From positions 75,084,001-75,148,000 of the forward strand of contig CM052817.1 in assembly GCA_028534125.1 (NCBI GenBank): a DNA stretch of 64,000 bases. The letters run 5' to 3'. Each line of letters opens with the position of its first letter. Within the stretch, counting starts at the first letter, position 1. This document shows positions 38,261 to 50,490 of this stretch, piece by piece. The stretch comes from Lama glama (Eukaryota). The position numbers were made by a program, and so were the translations under genes. Under the pieces are notes generated by a model, which ran no database searches, was not told the DNA's origin, and saw only the letters and a list, made by a program, of their open reading frames with translations.

Positions 38261-38293
38261 TAATTTCACTTTGAATACTGAAATGGCCAAGAA
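38261..38293 (+). repeat. 33-bp direct repeat, copy 2
   Basis: Identical to 37241-37273, offset by 1020 bp. Confidence 0.95.
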
Positions 38294-39067
38294 CTTTAAA
38301 AATAAGCTAGCATCAAGTTTTTAAAATCCCAGTTCTACACATATATTAATCTAGGTAGCTACTATTAAATCTTTGTACTGATATTCTTGATTCTAGAAAT
38401 TCCTAGACTTCAGGAACAAAATGGAAATAATACTGTATAATTTCCAACTCAACTTCTTTAATCACAAATATATGCACACAAATACTTTCTAGAAGTCAGA
38501 AATGCCTTGCTAAACAAAGCAATTTAAATGGAATAACTCTTTCCAAATGGGAAACTTCCTCTAGTGAACAGGTTCAAACTTCTATAATCACTTATGAAGT
38601 TCAGAATAGAATACTTCCATCCTCAAGGCTGCTAAGCCCCAGGCATAATGGAATAACCAGCTTGATTTTAAATGAAGCTGCATTCGCCCAGATTTATTTG
38701 TCCTTTATTGCGAATATCTATCTTTAAAATAAAAATGTTTACAGATCAAATATCAAAGACCTATGTAATGCTAATTCTTATTTAAAGGAAAAAACTCCCA
38801 ATATTTTACATCATGTCTCCTATATATATGTTCACTACTAAGTTAAATACTGAAAAGAATTTTTAACATTAGTACTTAACAGTCAGTTTGGGTAAGTACT
38901 TCTCTTTTGGGAAGGTGGCATAAACCAAATAATCTGCCTTGAGCAAAATTCAAACAAATAAATGTTTTTCTTGTTAAGTGATATAAAGGAATGATTAATG
39001 AGAACTTGTGCTACCTCGCTTTTGATCATGTGCGGAGAACACATGAGGACACACGTGAGACTAGTTC

Positions 39068-39275
39068 TGTAGTTAAGAGGTTAAAAGTGTGGGTTCTGTA
39101 GCTTGACTGTCTGTCTTTTGATTTTGACTTTCACTTACTAGTATTTGAACTTGGAAAAGTAACTTAAGCTCTGGGTACCTCAGTTTTTCTTCTGTTAACT
39201 GGGTGTAATAGTAACACACACTTCATAAAGAACAACGCCTGGCACATGGTAGATGCTCAGCAAGTGTTAGTTACT
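39068..39275 (+). mobile_element. MIR SINE
   Basis: ttggaaaagtaacttaagctctgggtacctcagtttttct core and gcctggcacatggtagatgctcag tail. Confidence 0.8.
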
Positions 39276-41170
39276 TATACTATGAGAAATGAAATGTGTG
39301 TATTTAATGTTCAATCACTAGAGATTTCTAATCTTTTTTTCCTCAGTCACTACTTCTATTAGTTTGATGTCTATATCCAAAAACCTTCCTAAAATTCTGA
39401 ATAATGTTTAAGAATGGTAAGACTGAAGTTATTTTTTCCTGATAATGTTATAATATTCCTTGAAATAAATATCCTGGGTTATATTAATTTAGCTTAATAT
39501 TGGGGTGGAATTTTTATGTTTTATTACTTTAATAATATAGAAGGTTTGAACTGGAAGCAGCTTAGAGGTTAGTATTTAAAAGAGGAGGGATCTAGACCCA
39601 GATGGATATTATAATCTTCTGAAAAGCACCAGCAAGGAAGCAGAGAATCTGTGACTAGAATACAGGTCTTCTGAAACTCAAATCTGTGTGTCTCTGTGTT
39701 ATACTGGCTATACCATTCTCTTTTTCTCAGCTGTTACATTGCATGCTTTTTAATAAAAAGGCACATATTCTTTCTTCTTTATATATGTATTCGTTAGAAA
39801 TGAGAAATGCTGTTATGATTGGAAAATAAATTTGTCAGGCTAATTTGTATGCAGACAGCATTTTCCTAGCTTTCTGATTCTAAACAATCCTTACACTATT
39901 GAACAAATGATTAGGCATTTTTCACATCTCAGGATATAAGACCAATATTGTTAAATCTTTAATCATGCCTAGAAGCAATACATCAAAGGAATCAGCTATC
40001 ATACTGATGATGACTTCAATTAACTATTTTGTAATCCAATAATGCATTTCATTAGAGTATTCTAAGAACTTTCCTGGCATTATTACCATAATCTTCAGCA
40101 TTCCTATTTGGTATTTATTTCAGGTCCTGAGCATAATAAATAGAAAAGCACAGTGCCTACCATCGGGTAATGTTCATTTCACAGTAGAACATACTGCAGA
40201 ATAATATGTTTTGACAAAAGGCAATATCTGCAAAATATTTGCAAAATTTTACTACCGTGGATTAGAGACAGGTCTGCGTTGGTTCTTTATCAGAAAGGAA
40301 AGAAGAGGGAAAAGCAAATGAGGGATTTTTTTTTTTTAATTTCTTTGTCGGAAAGCCAGACAGCAGGTCCTGCTAAATATTAAAGCTGCTACAATCTCTA
40401 AATGAAGGTGGGACACTGACTCACCTCACAAAACACATGGGAGACAGATAACAGATTGCATTCACAACCTTTAACTCTGGAGAGCTGAGACATTTGCTAA
40501 CAATAGGAACCTGGACCTTATAATAGTCTCATTACCCAAGTTAATTCTCTTAAACCGAACCTCTATCTTGTTCCACTAAGCATCTCCTTCTATAAAATAA
40601 TTTCTCCTTTAACAACTCTGTGTCTTTGTGAGTCTTAATATATGTTTTTGTTTAACAATAACTGTCAGCTTATTTAAGAGTATCTGGCAGTTCCTGGTAG
40701 GCAAAGTAAATGAGTGAGCAAGTGCACATACGCCTATTATTTTAAAACCTGGTGTTCTCCCTAACAAGTCTTTTGACGTGTTTAAACTCCACAGAAACTC
40801 AACTGCATCTGATCTTCATCATAGGGAAAAGAATTACGTGTATCTTCCCAGGTATAGGAAGAAAAGATGATATTCATGCTCATTTCCCATTTTTTAGTAC
40901 CATAACTCCTAAAATGGTAGAAAATAGGGCTCATCCACAAGCTACTGAAGGCAATGCTGTCGACTAGGGTCTCTGTGCTCATCTCTGCACAAGTGCTGAC
41001 ATTACTGTAAATTTATAATGCATGGTTCCGTTATATTTTCCCTGCTCTAACTGAAATGCATTTTATCTAAAGTATAGCTTAACTCCTTTCTTTCAAACAC
41101 ATACAATAGATTTGAATGACAACAGTGTGAATCCTATAATTTTAACAATTATTAGTCACTGTGATTTTTG

Positions 41171-41222
41171 ATAATAGATAAGACAAAAAAGTATATAATA
41201 GATAAGACAAAAAAGTATATAA
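41171..41222. repeat. Perfect 24-bp tandem duplication
   Basis: ATAATAGATAAGACAAAAAAGTAT twice (41171-41194, 41195-41218), then ATAA. Confidence 0.95.
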
Positions 41223-41989
41223 ACCTTAAATAATATGATTTTTATAAAGTCATCTATAAGAAATAGTTTTCTTGTGTATTTTAAAATTTCAGTTGGTGAA
41301 TCTAATCATTTAATCAGTCATAAAACAGTTTCTTTATGAATCCAAGTAAAGAACAGATTATCAATGACCGAAACCATAGTATTTCATTTTAAAATCATTC
41401 CCATTGCCTATCTCAGTGTGACATTTCCGAGAAGGGCCACTGCTGTTCTCCTGCATGCAGGCTCATCCCTCAGCTAATGATACTTCTCCCCTTGCTCCCC
41501 AGATACTTCTTATGTACATGGATTCAGCTCAAGTACGTCCATCCCTTTGGTGCTGTCCCTAGCCTCTATGTTTACCTCTTTTGTTCTGTTTTGACCTTTA
41601 TGCTGCTGTTGTTTCTTAAGTATTTGGGAAACAGTCATAGAAAATGGAGGTTACAAGACAGCTTTCCAGTGCAGGGGGAGTTGTGGTGTGAAAGCAGGTA
41701 TCTGAGCAGGAAGCCAAATCGTGCATTACAGAGTAGAAGAATGAAAAGCACTTTACATGTAACAGATCTTGATCATATGAGAGAACAAAACAAGAATTCA
41801 ATTTTTAGAGCCAGACTGGGATAGCAAATGTGGAAAGTCTGCCTTAATTATCACCAAATCAGTTGTGTTAAGTTGCATATATATATAGGAATATATTAAT
41901 TTCATTTGTTTTCAAACTGCTGTTAATACTAGTTCATAGCATTATTATCTATTTTGATAGCTGGTGATAATTATTCAAAATATTTGCTT

Positions 41990-42380
41990 CAGTTTCCTAC
42001 CAGTTTCTTCCTTAAACAATCATTCCCAATAGGAATGACTTCCTATCCATATCCTAATGTTTGTAGAAATGCTAATTTTATATGTCCTATATTTTCCTGG
42101 CCCATTTGACAACAGAGTTGGCCATACAACCTTGGTCAACAAACATGAAAAAGTATGATGTGTGCCCAGGAGTCATAAGAGCCAGCATGAAATCATAACA
42201 CTTTTAAATTCCTTAGCCATGAAATCTGCAAACTCCAGAACAAAAAGGATTCGGAACCGATAAACACAGCTAACCATGAGGAATTTAACCAGAACGGGTA
42301 ATAATTCTTTGCTCCTGTAAACCTCTGAGATTTGGTATCATTTGTTACTACAGCAAACTTAAACTTAGTTGACAAATACA
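41990..42380 (+). mobile_element. MaLR MLT1 LTR
   Basis: Terminal taaacctctgagatttgg...tttgttactacagcaaac...gacaaataCA. Confidence 0.65.
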
Positions 42381-42389
42381 GTATCTGCT

Positions 42390-44770
42390 TTGTCCATTGT
42401 TATGCCAATTTTTTATTTGTTCCTTCTCACTCCTTTGTAATTTATTAAACAACAAGAAATTTTGCTTTTTCATTATTTTCTTCAAAAAATTTACTTTTTC
42501 AATCTCTACTTAATCTCTATTTTGTATTTTATTGATAGAAATTACCCCTGTTAATAGAAGGTACTTTACTTTATTATAGTTTCTTCTACTTTCTTTGGGT
42601 TTATTCCATATTTCCTTTCAAATATCTTAATGTAGATCTTTAGCTTATTTCATTTTAATATTTCTGTTTTTTAATACACACTTTTTAAGTTATAGTTTTC
42701 CCCTCTCATCACCATTTTATTTCAGCCTACAAGTTTTAATGTATAATAGTTTGGTTTGGTTTGGTTTTAACATCTTTTTGAAACCTGAGGTAGTTAGAGA
42801 AATGTTTTTAAAATCCAACGCAGATGCTATTTTCTTTGCTTGTATTATCCTATTGACTTCTAATTTAATTGTATTGCACGTAGAGTAAGTGTTCTGTATG
42901 ATAATGATTTTTGAACATTTTTAGACTGTTTTTAGTGCTAAGTTTACAGTCAGTTTTTATAAATAGCCCATGTGTGCTACAGAATAATTTGTGTTTTCTC
43001 ATTGTTAGGTGCAAGGTTCTACATATGTTCAACAAATCACATTTACTGATTTTATTATTCAACTATGTCTTACTTTCCTAATTTTTTCACTGTGATTTTT
43101 TAGTAATGAAAGGATTCTGTCAAAATTTTTCACTAAAATAGTGAATTTGCCCACTTCTCCCTGTTTTACATGCTATTAAATATTATAAGGCAATTTTATT
43201 AAGAAATACAAGTTTAGAATTGTTATAACTTCTTGATGAATTGAATCTTTAATCATTATATAATGCCCTTAATGCTGCTTTTTCTTAACGTTATTTTATA
43301 TAATAGTTACAGTGTTAAGACTAGCTTTCTTTTGGTTAATATTTTCCTGGTAGCTATTCTTCTGTTTTTCTTTTCTTCTTAACTTTAGGAAGTTTTCTTA
43401 TAAACATCATACCCCTAATTTTCAAAAGTCAAATTTGAAAATTTCCTGCTTCTAAATGAAGAGTTTATTTGAGAATATCTGTTTATTGAAATCTGTTTCT
43501 GCTATTCTCCACTTTTCCATCTTCACTGTGTTTCCATCGACTCTCTAGCCTTTAAGAAAAATTTTAGGTATTATTTTATACATTTCTACCTTTCACTCTA
43601 GTTTTTTTCTGTTCCTTGGGAAGTTGAACTTAACATTTTTTTCATTATAGAGGTTATTATTTAGAAATTATACTTTCTAAAGTGTAACACATACAGTTTA
43701 ACACTATTTCAAGAAATATAAGGACCTTAGAACACTCTAACTTATATTAATATTTTATGAAATGTCATGCTATTTTTAGCCAGGAGTTTTACACCTTTAA
43801 CAAACAAAACAAAAATACATTATAATTATTGTTGTTTATACAGACAAGGTATGGTTAGATTTACCTGTATTTATTAATTTTTTCTCATTGATAGTATCAT
43901 TTTCCTTCTTCCTAAAGTGTATTTTTAGAACTCTCTTTAATTTTGGTCTATTTCTGGAATGGTATCAATTTTCTTTATCTGGAAAAGTTTTATTTCATTT
44001 ACAGTCTTTAAATTTTTTTTTTCCTATAAAGCTTCATTATTGTTCTTTAAAAAGAGTTCTCTTTCTCTGGCTTTAAGATATTCTTTTAGACATTCCTGTA
44101 TCCAGTTATATTTTGATTCATCTCTGTGTGGGTTTCTTTTAATAATTATATTTGATAACATATTGTGTTTCTTATACCTGTGAATTTAGGTGTTTCATCA
44201 GTTCGGAATAGTTTCATTATTTCTCAGTCCTTCTCTCCTTTCAAGTCTCTCCTTTTTAGTATATTTGTTTAGAACTTATTTTCTATAACTTCAAATCACT
44301 TTTTTCTATCTTTTCTTTATCTCTAACAGTTCACTCTGAGTAATTTCTTTAGAATTTTCTTTCAATTGAGTTGTTCTCTTTCAGCTATATCTACTGTGTT
44401 ATTTAATCCATATTTTAAGTGTTTTTGTCAACACTTATATTTTTATGTAAAATCTTTTGTTCCTTTTTCAAGTATGCTTATTGATTGCTCACTTTTGTCA
44501 TTCTAAGTTTCTGTTCTTTAAACATCCACTCATAGGAATGTATATACATACATTGCAGATAATCTTAATATCTAAAGTACTGGATAGTCCAAATCTGTCC
44601 TTTGTTGGGCTAATTCTCATTCCTGATATTTTTCTTGATTGTATATTAGCTGATTCTTGATTCTGAGTTCGTATTTGATTGATTACAAACTCTTGAGAAA
44701 TGTGGAGACCTAAACTGATGAGTCTTTTTTCCACTGGAGATTTGCTTTTGCTTCCTTGTGATATAGAGTC
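42390..44770 (-). mobile_element. Old L1M: ORF2 endonuclease, ORF1 and 5' remnants
   Basis: ORF 42865-43062 DLLNICRTLH...FCSTHGLFIKTD matches the L1 endonuclease DLIDIYRTLH...FFSSAHGTFTKID. Confidence 0.8.
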
Positions 44771-45731
44771 CAAAGTGAAGTTTCATAGGTAACTCTTGTT
44801 TTTGCTGCCAGCAACATGCTTACAGAAACTCTCCCTTTTATATGTGCTCACTGCTTAACACTGATTGAGATCACTTCTTATTGGACCAATAAAAATTTCT
44901 GTTCTTTTCTGTGAGCTTAAAAATACCAATTTGTGCATAATATGCAGCATTAGGATCCCTTTGTGTACCTGGCCCAAGATGTTGTAATTTTACCTTCAAA
45001 ATTTTCTTTTAATCAAGAGATTGATACTTTGAAATTTTGACAGTTGTTTAAATTCATTTATATAGTATTACAGTTAGTTATTTAAATACACTTAAGTTAG
45101 TGGATATTTATGTATATATTTTCATAAAGTGATATGGACAATTTATTAAATAAGATATCCTAGATGTATGTACAGGGGTAAAATTTTTAGATTACTAGCT
45201 CTTTCTTTACAATCATATTATATTATACAATTTAAATTCTGAACCCATGAAGTTAGGAACTTTCCTTTCTTTCACTTAATATATAAACCTGATTTAAATT
45301 GATTATATTTGCTGTTTTAATGAAATAACATACTACATTAATAACTAATGTTTTGGAGAGTATTTATGTAATAGTGAAGTCTACCATCATAAATCACTTT
45401 GGTGAATACAAAAATTTTTTATTGGAGGTCATCAGAGTCAACACAAAAATCAATTAAAATCAAATCAAACTGTAGCTGCACACATTTCAAGACTTTAATG
45501 AGATTCATATACTTACATTAGGTTTACTCTTAATACTTAATTCAAGTCTTTAAATAGTGTGCAGATAAAGTTGAATGTATCATTTCTATTCATATTTTAC
45601 CCAAAATATATGTATCATGGAACATAAATATGATTTACAAAGATGCTTTAATGTGTAATGTCATATACGTACATTTCTATACCCAAAACGTTTAGCTAAT
45701 TTGATATTTTAGAATGTTTTAGAGTCTATTT

Positions 45732-45880
45732 AACTATGTTCAATATCTTGTTGTAACCTATAATGATAAAGAATATGAAAAGGAATATATGTATGTATAT
45801 ATATGTTTGAAACATTATGCTGTGCACCAGAAATTGATACATTGTAAACTGACTATACTTCAATAAAACAACAACATCAA
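45732..45880 (+). mobile_element. Very short cetartiodactyl-type L1 3' end
   Basis: aactatgttcaatatcttg...tgctgtgcaccagaaattga...actatacttcaataaaa. Confidence 0.8.
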
Positions 45881-46539
45881 ATAGAAACGGTACGTTGTAT
45901 CAAATAAAACTGAGAGTCCCTCCATTCAAATAAAAACCACATTTGTTAATAAATAAATGGTTAATTAATTCTGATTTTTTTTATGAGAACATTCTGCATC
46001 CTATAACTATACCAGGGCATCTTGATCATACAGTGATATTATAAAAGTCACACTAAATATTTATTGCTTTCTATATCTCTTAACTATTTGATTGTGAATG
46101 TATTGTATTAAATTCATAATGATATTTCATTCTTTATATCTCTGTAATAAGATGAAAATCTCTACCAAACTGTTCCTATAGTAAAAACTATGTTGATAAA
46201 TTATGTTTCTATCCCAGAAATTAAGCCATCAATTAATCTACTTGAATTTTTTAATATAATCTTTATTTTAGGCTATAATGTATTTTTAAGATTTTAAGAG
46301 TACTATTTTTCTCCTGTGAAAATTTTATTCAACCCTAGGAGAAATAAGAAAGGTATTATCTCTTGAATCTAGAAGGAAAAACACCTCATCAACAACAACG
46401 TGCCAAGGAATGTACCATATATGTTACATGTATTAGGGCATTTAATATCATTTAACAACTCTAAGAGGTAGGTACTTGTATTATGGCAAGTTAACAAAGA
46501 AAAGAGATATGGCAAATGGACTCTTTAACACTTCTTCAT

Positions 46540-47005
46540 CCTCTTATTTTAGCTTGAATTCCTATAAAATGAGTACTGGAAATGTAAAGTATACATTATA
46601 CAAATCTTCTTACATTAGATTTTGCATATAACCCAGCTTACACTAAGCACACATGGTCTTCTGAGTCACAGAGGTTAAAAGTGACCACTGCATAGCTCTC
46701 CTGAAACCTTTGAGAAAAGTATTTTATTTTTCTTCTGAGAAAGTTGTATTAGAGGCTCTACTGTCCAAAGAGTCCCTAGACTGAATGTTGCTAAGTAGCC
46801 ACGTCCTGATTTAAAGCCCTTGGTTGTGAAAGGTGTATCAGCAGTGTCAGCTCTCTGGCCAAGCCAGCCTCACAATGTCTCAGACACGTTCTTGATAGAT
46901 CAGACTAAGTTCTCCAGTTTTTGAATGCTTCCTTATGTCATTTGATCCTCACAATAGATTGCTTTCTTCTTAAATCCTGAATGGATTATGTTTTCTGCAA
47001 CTATA
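46540..47005 (+). mobile_element. Possible old MaLR LTR
   Basis: Terminal aatagattgctttcttcttaaa...ttatgttttctgcaacta resembles old MLT1 ends. Confidence 0.35.
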
Positions 47006-47009
47006 TATT

Positions 47010-47600
47010 CAAATTAAAAGTCAGAGATTCTTAGAATATAAAGACTCAATTACAAGCCATCTTCAAAATATGTACTTTAAATACAAACATAAAGATTTGT
47101 TGAATGTAAATAGATGGTAAAAGATTTGTCATAAACATGGAAATCATGAAAAATCAGGAATGACTATATTAATATGACATAACGTAGACTTCAAGAAAAA
47201 GATTTTTACCACAAATAAAGAGGAGTCATACTTTAGGAAGACACAATAATTGCAGGATTATTTTTTCTAATAACAGACTTTGAAAATGCATGAGACAAAA
47301 ATCAGCATAATTAAAGGGAGTGATAGACAATTCAAAAATCACATTAAAAAACTTAAAACTCCTTTTTCAACACTTTAGAAAACAACTGGACTAAAGAATA
47401 TAAATCAATAAAACAATGATAGGTAATCTGAACAACACTATCAACCACCTTGACCAATTGGTAATTACAGATCACTAAACTGTATGAATGCGAAATGAAT
47501 ATTTTCTACAAGTACTTGGCTATAAAACAAGTCTCAGTACATTTAAAATGACTGAGTTATCATCTCAGGTCAAAATAAACTTAAAAAGAAATCAATGATT
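47010..47600 (+). mobile_element. Old L1 ORF2 endonuclease fragment
   Basis: Decayed motifs aaatcaggaatgactatattaata (KAGVAILI-like), gtagacttcaag and ctgaacaacactatcaaccaccttgacc. Confidence 0.8.
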
Positions 47601-47931
47601 TTTTTCCAGGTATCTTCTTTTATGAAATTTGTATTTAACATATAACCCCCCAAAGTCTTTACTAAATGTGTAAGGATGAGTAAGAATAATAATACCAGTG
47701 TTTTCTTCTTAATTCAAATATAGAACCTTGATTCTTAACTCACAATTTCAAATTATGACTGGAAGGTAGTAAGTCACAACATGTTATGAAGTAGAAAAAT
47801 ATTCATATGTTTGAGATTAATTCTTCAGTGAAGAAAATATCTTTAAATCTTACTAAATGTCAAAATTTTCAAAACTTTTATTTAAATAATTGAAAGAAAC
47901 TTAGTATTTTGTGAGAAGAACATTTTTCTAA

Positions 47932-48390
47932 ATTTTTTATTTTTAGAAAATTATAGATTTGTAGGAAGTTGTAGCGAAAGTACAGAGAGGTTCCTGTATA
48001 CATACCCTCACAATTTCCCTCACTGGTTACATCTTATGTAACTATAGTACATCAAAACCAGGATACTGGCATTGGTGAAATGTGTGTGTACATAGTTCTA
48101 TGCAATTTTACCACATGTGTACACAAATATTCAGAATATTCATATATTATGAGGCACAGAATTACCTCATCACCATAAATATCTCTTGTGTTCCTTCTGT
48201 GTAATCACGGCCATCCCTTCTAACCCTCTCTACCTAACCCTTGGCAATCATGAATCTGTTTTCTTCTCTCTACAGTATGTGAACTTTGCAGATTGGCTTC
48301 AAGTAAACCAACTGAGCATTGTGACTTTGAGAGCTATATCAACTGTTGTACGAATCAATAGTTTGACTTTGGGCTTATCTGAGAATTATT
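47932..48390 (-). mobile_element. L1MC-like 3' UTR
   Basis: agtacagagaggttcctgtatac, catcttatgtaactatagtac and ctaacccttggcaatcatgaatctg antisense L1MC 3' motifs. Confidence 0.7.
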
Positions 48391-50244
48391 TTCATTTTTA
48401 ATTCCCTCACAGACCTCTGCCTAAAATATTTATCATCGTATATTTTCAAATCAATGTTATATTACTATCTTTATTCAATAGCTTTCTAGTGAGTCATACA
48501 AGTAAATACTTCTTTTTGCTCATTTAACTTGAGATCTGGGAATGATTTAGGCAGGAGAAAACAAAACTCTCAAAACAAAATATCACATTTCTGTGTTTTA
48601 GTGTCACAATCAGTGAGATAGCAAGAAAGAGATGCATAAGAAATCCCTGGGTTATGTAAATAATAATAAACCATTTATAAAGTTATTGTATCTAAATGGA
48701 AGATGGGAGTTATAAAAACAGAAATTCTCAGTTTCACTTTTTAGTAACAAATACAACTGTAATAGTAAACTATTTTGGTAATCAATCTTTCAGGGGAGCA
48801 TGAAAATTTAATAAGAAAGCATTCTGTGTTTTTAAAAACACACTGAAACTATGATAAAGCCTGTAACTATAGAACTATAGATTATAACTACAGTTCATTG
48901 GCCATCTACAATATAATTTTCACTTTCTGTATAATTTAATTTTTACAAAAATATCTTGGCAGTGTGTATTAACTCTGCTTTGCTTACGAAACAACTGAAG
49001 CTTAGGGAGTTAAAATAACTTTGCCACAGTGGAATACAAATCCAAATCAGACTTCTCTGACCAAAGTTATTGTATAATGCAAACTTATCTTTCAATGTTA
49101 TTAATTTCCACCTTAAAATAGGCTACATTAGCTATTTTAACATCATTTAATTTAGTTAATAATATTTAACTAAAGGCAAATAAGAAAATATTTCTTTAGT
49201 TTTGCCAGGCCTTTCTCCTTCTTGCTTTCCCCTCTTTATCCTTATTTTTGGAGAAATAATATGTAGTATATATGTTTTTAAATAATGGATAAACAGTATT
49301 GTCATGAAAGATGATGCTTTACAAAGATAGAGAAGTGAATAAGCAAATTTTTCTGAAGTCCTGCTACTTTCTTGAAAGCAGATTTATGGTGATGTGCAGA
49401 TAGGTTTTTTTTTTAAATGCTTCCATGGAAATTCATATGAAAGCTAGCTGAGCTACCTTTTGGACTACAGAATGCCAGAATCTGAAATAGAGTAGTGAGA
49501 ACAACATCCTCTGCTATTAGTGTACTAACTACGTATATCAGGATTTGTAAAATATCCGATGTTTAATTCATATGTTATTTTTCAAAGGATATAAGAGGCA
49601 TAACTGCATCCTTCCAACAAAATAGATATTTCATACACTTTTCCCCAAGCATAGAGGCATAAAAACTGCTTTCCTGTCTACTGCTCATGCTCTCTGTCTT
49701 CCCTCCCATATAACCTATAGGGAGAATGGTTTTCCATCTGTCTGGGTCTTAGGGATTGGTATTATGCTTCTTTTTTAAGTATGAGGTAAATTGTTTTAGG
49801 GAAAATGAAAAACTGCTTGTGTCCCCTGTGCAAAAAATTTGAAGATATTGAATTTATGATGCCTGGGACAAGACTCAAGCAGAACAAATTTATGTTTGGG
49901 GTTAGTCTTCCTTTGAGAATTTATGGTAACTTACCACCTCCAAATTCCAGAGAAAGAAAAAAATTATGTTCAATTCAAATTTCACATCATAGAATTTTGA
50001 TTTAGTGAAAGATCTATTTTGTATTTTTTGCTACAAACAAAAATAATCTTTTAAGTATGATAACATTTGAAATGTTTCTTAGTTGAAGAGTGAGGTCCAA
50101 GAGTTGAGAAACATAACAGAGGGGTGAAAAGCCATCTGATATAGAATTTTTATAAAATTACAACTGAAAATTTCTGTAAAACCCTAAATAAATTCAATAT
50201 TATAAATTAGAGTTTTGTTGTGATTCTATTATTACTAATATTAA

Positions 50245-50490
50245 TATTAACAGCTAATAATTATTGTGTGCTTACTATGTGCATTGAACTAAATGCTTTA
50301 AACCAATAATTCCATTTATTTCTTATTTGGTGGAAGTTTTAAATAATTTTATTTTATATATATATATATATTGTAATCCTATATATATATATATAGGATT
50401 ACAAATTAAATAACTCATCAATTACAAAGAGATTCAAGATCTGAACATAGACGCACTACCTCTAAAACTTGTATTCTCAGCCACTGCACG
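50245..50490 (-). mobile_element. MIR SINE interrupted by a TA repeat and palindrome
   Basis: aacagctaataattattgtgtgcttactatgtg tail and tattctcagccactgcac head. Confidence 0.55.
50371..50404. repeat. Perfect 34-bp palindrome
   Basis: TTGTAATCCT-(AT)7-AGGATTACAA. Confidence 0.95.

Noticed and set aside
20569..38293. CRISPR-like reading of the direct repeats (64 bp and 33 bp)
   Set aside because: Only two copies each, no regular spacers, no cas genes, and the DNA is mammalian.
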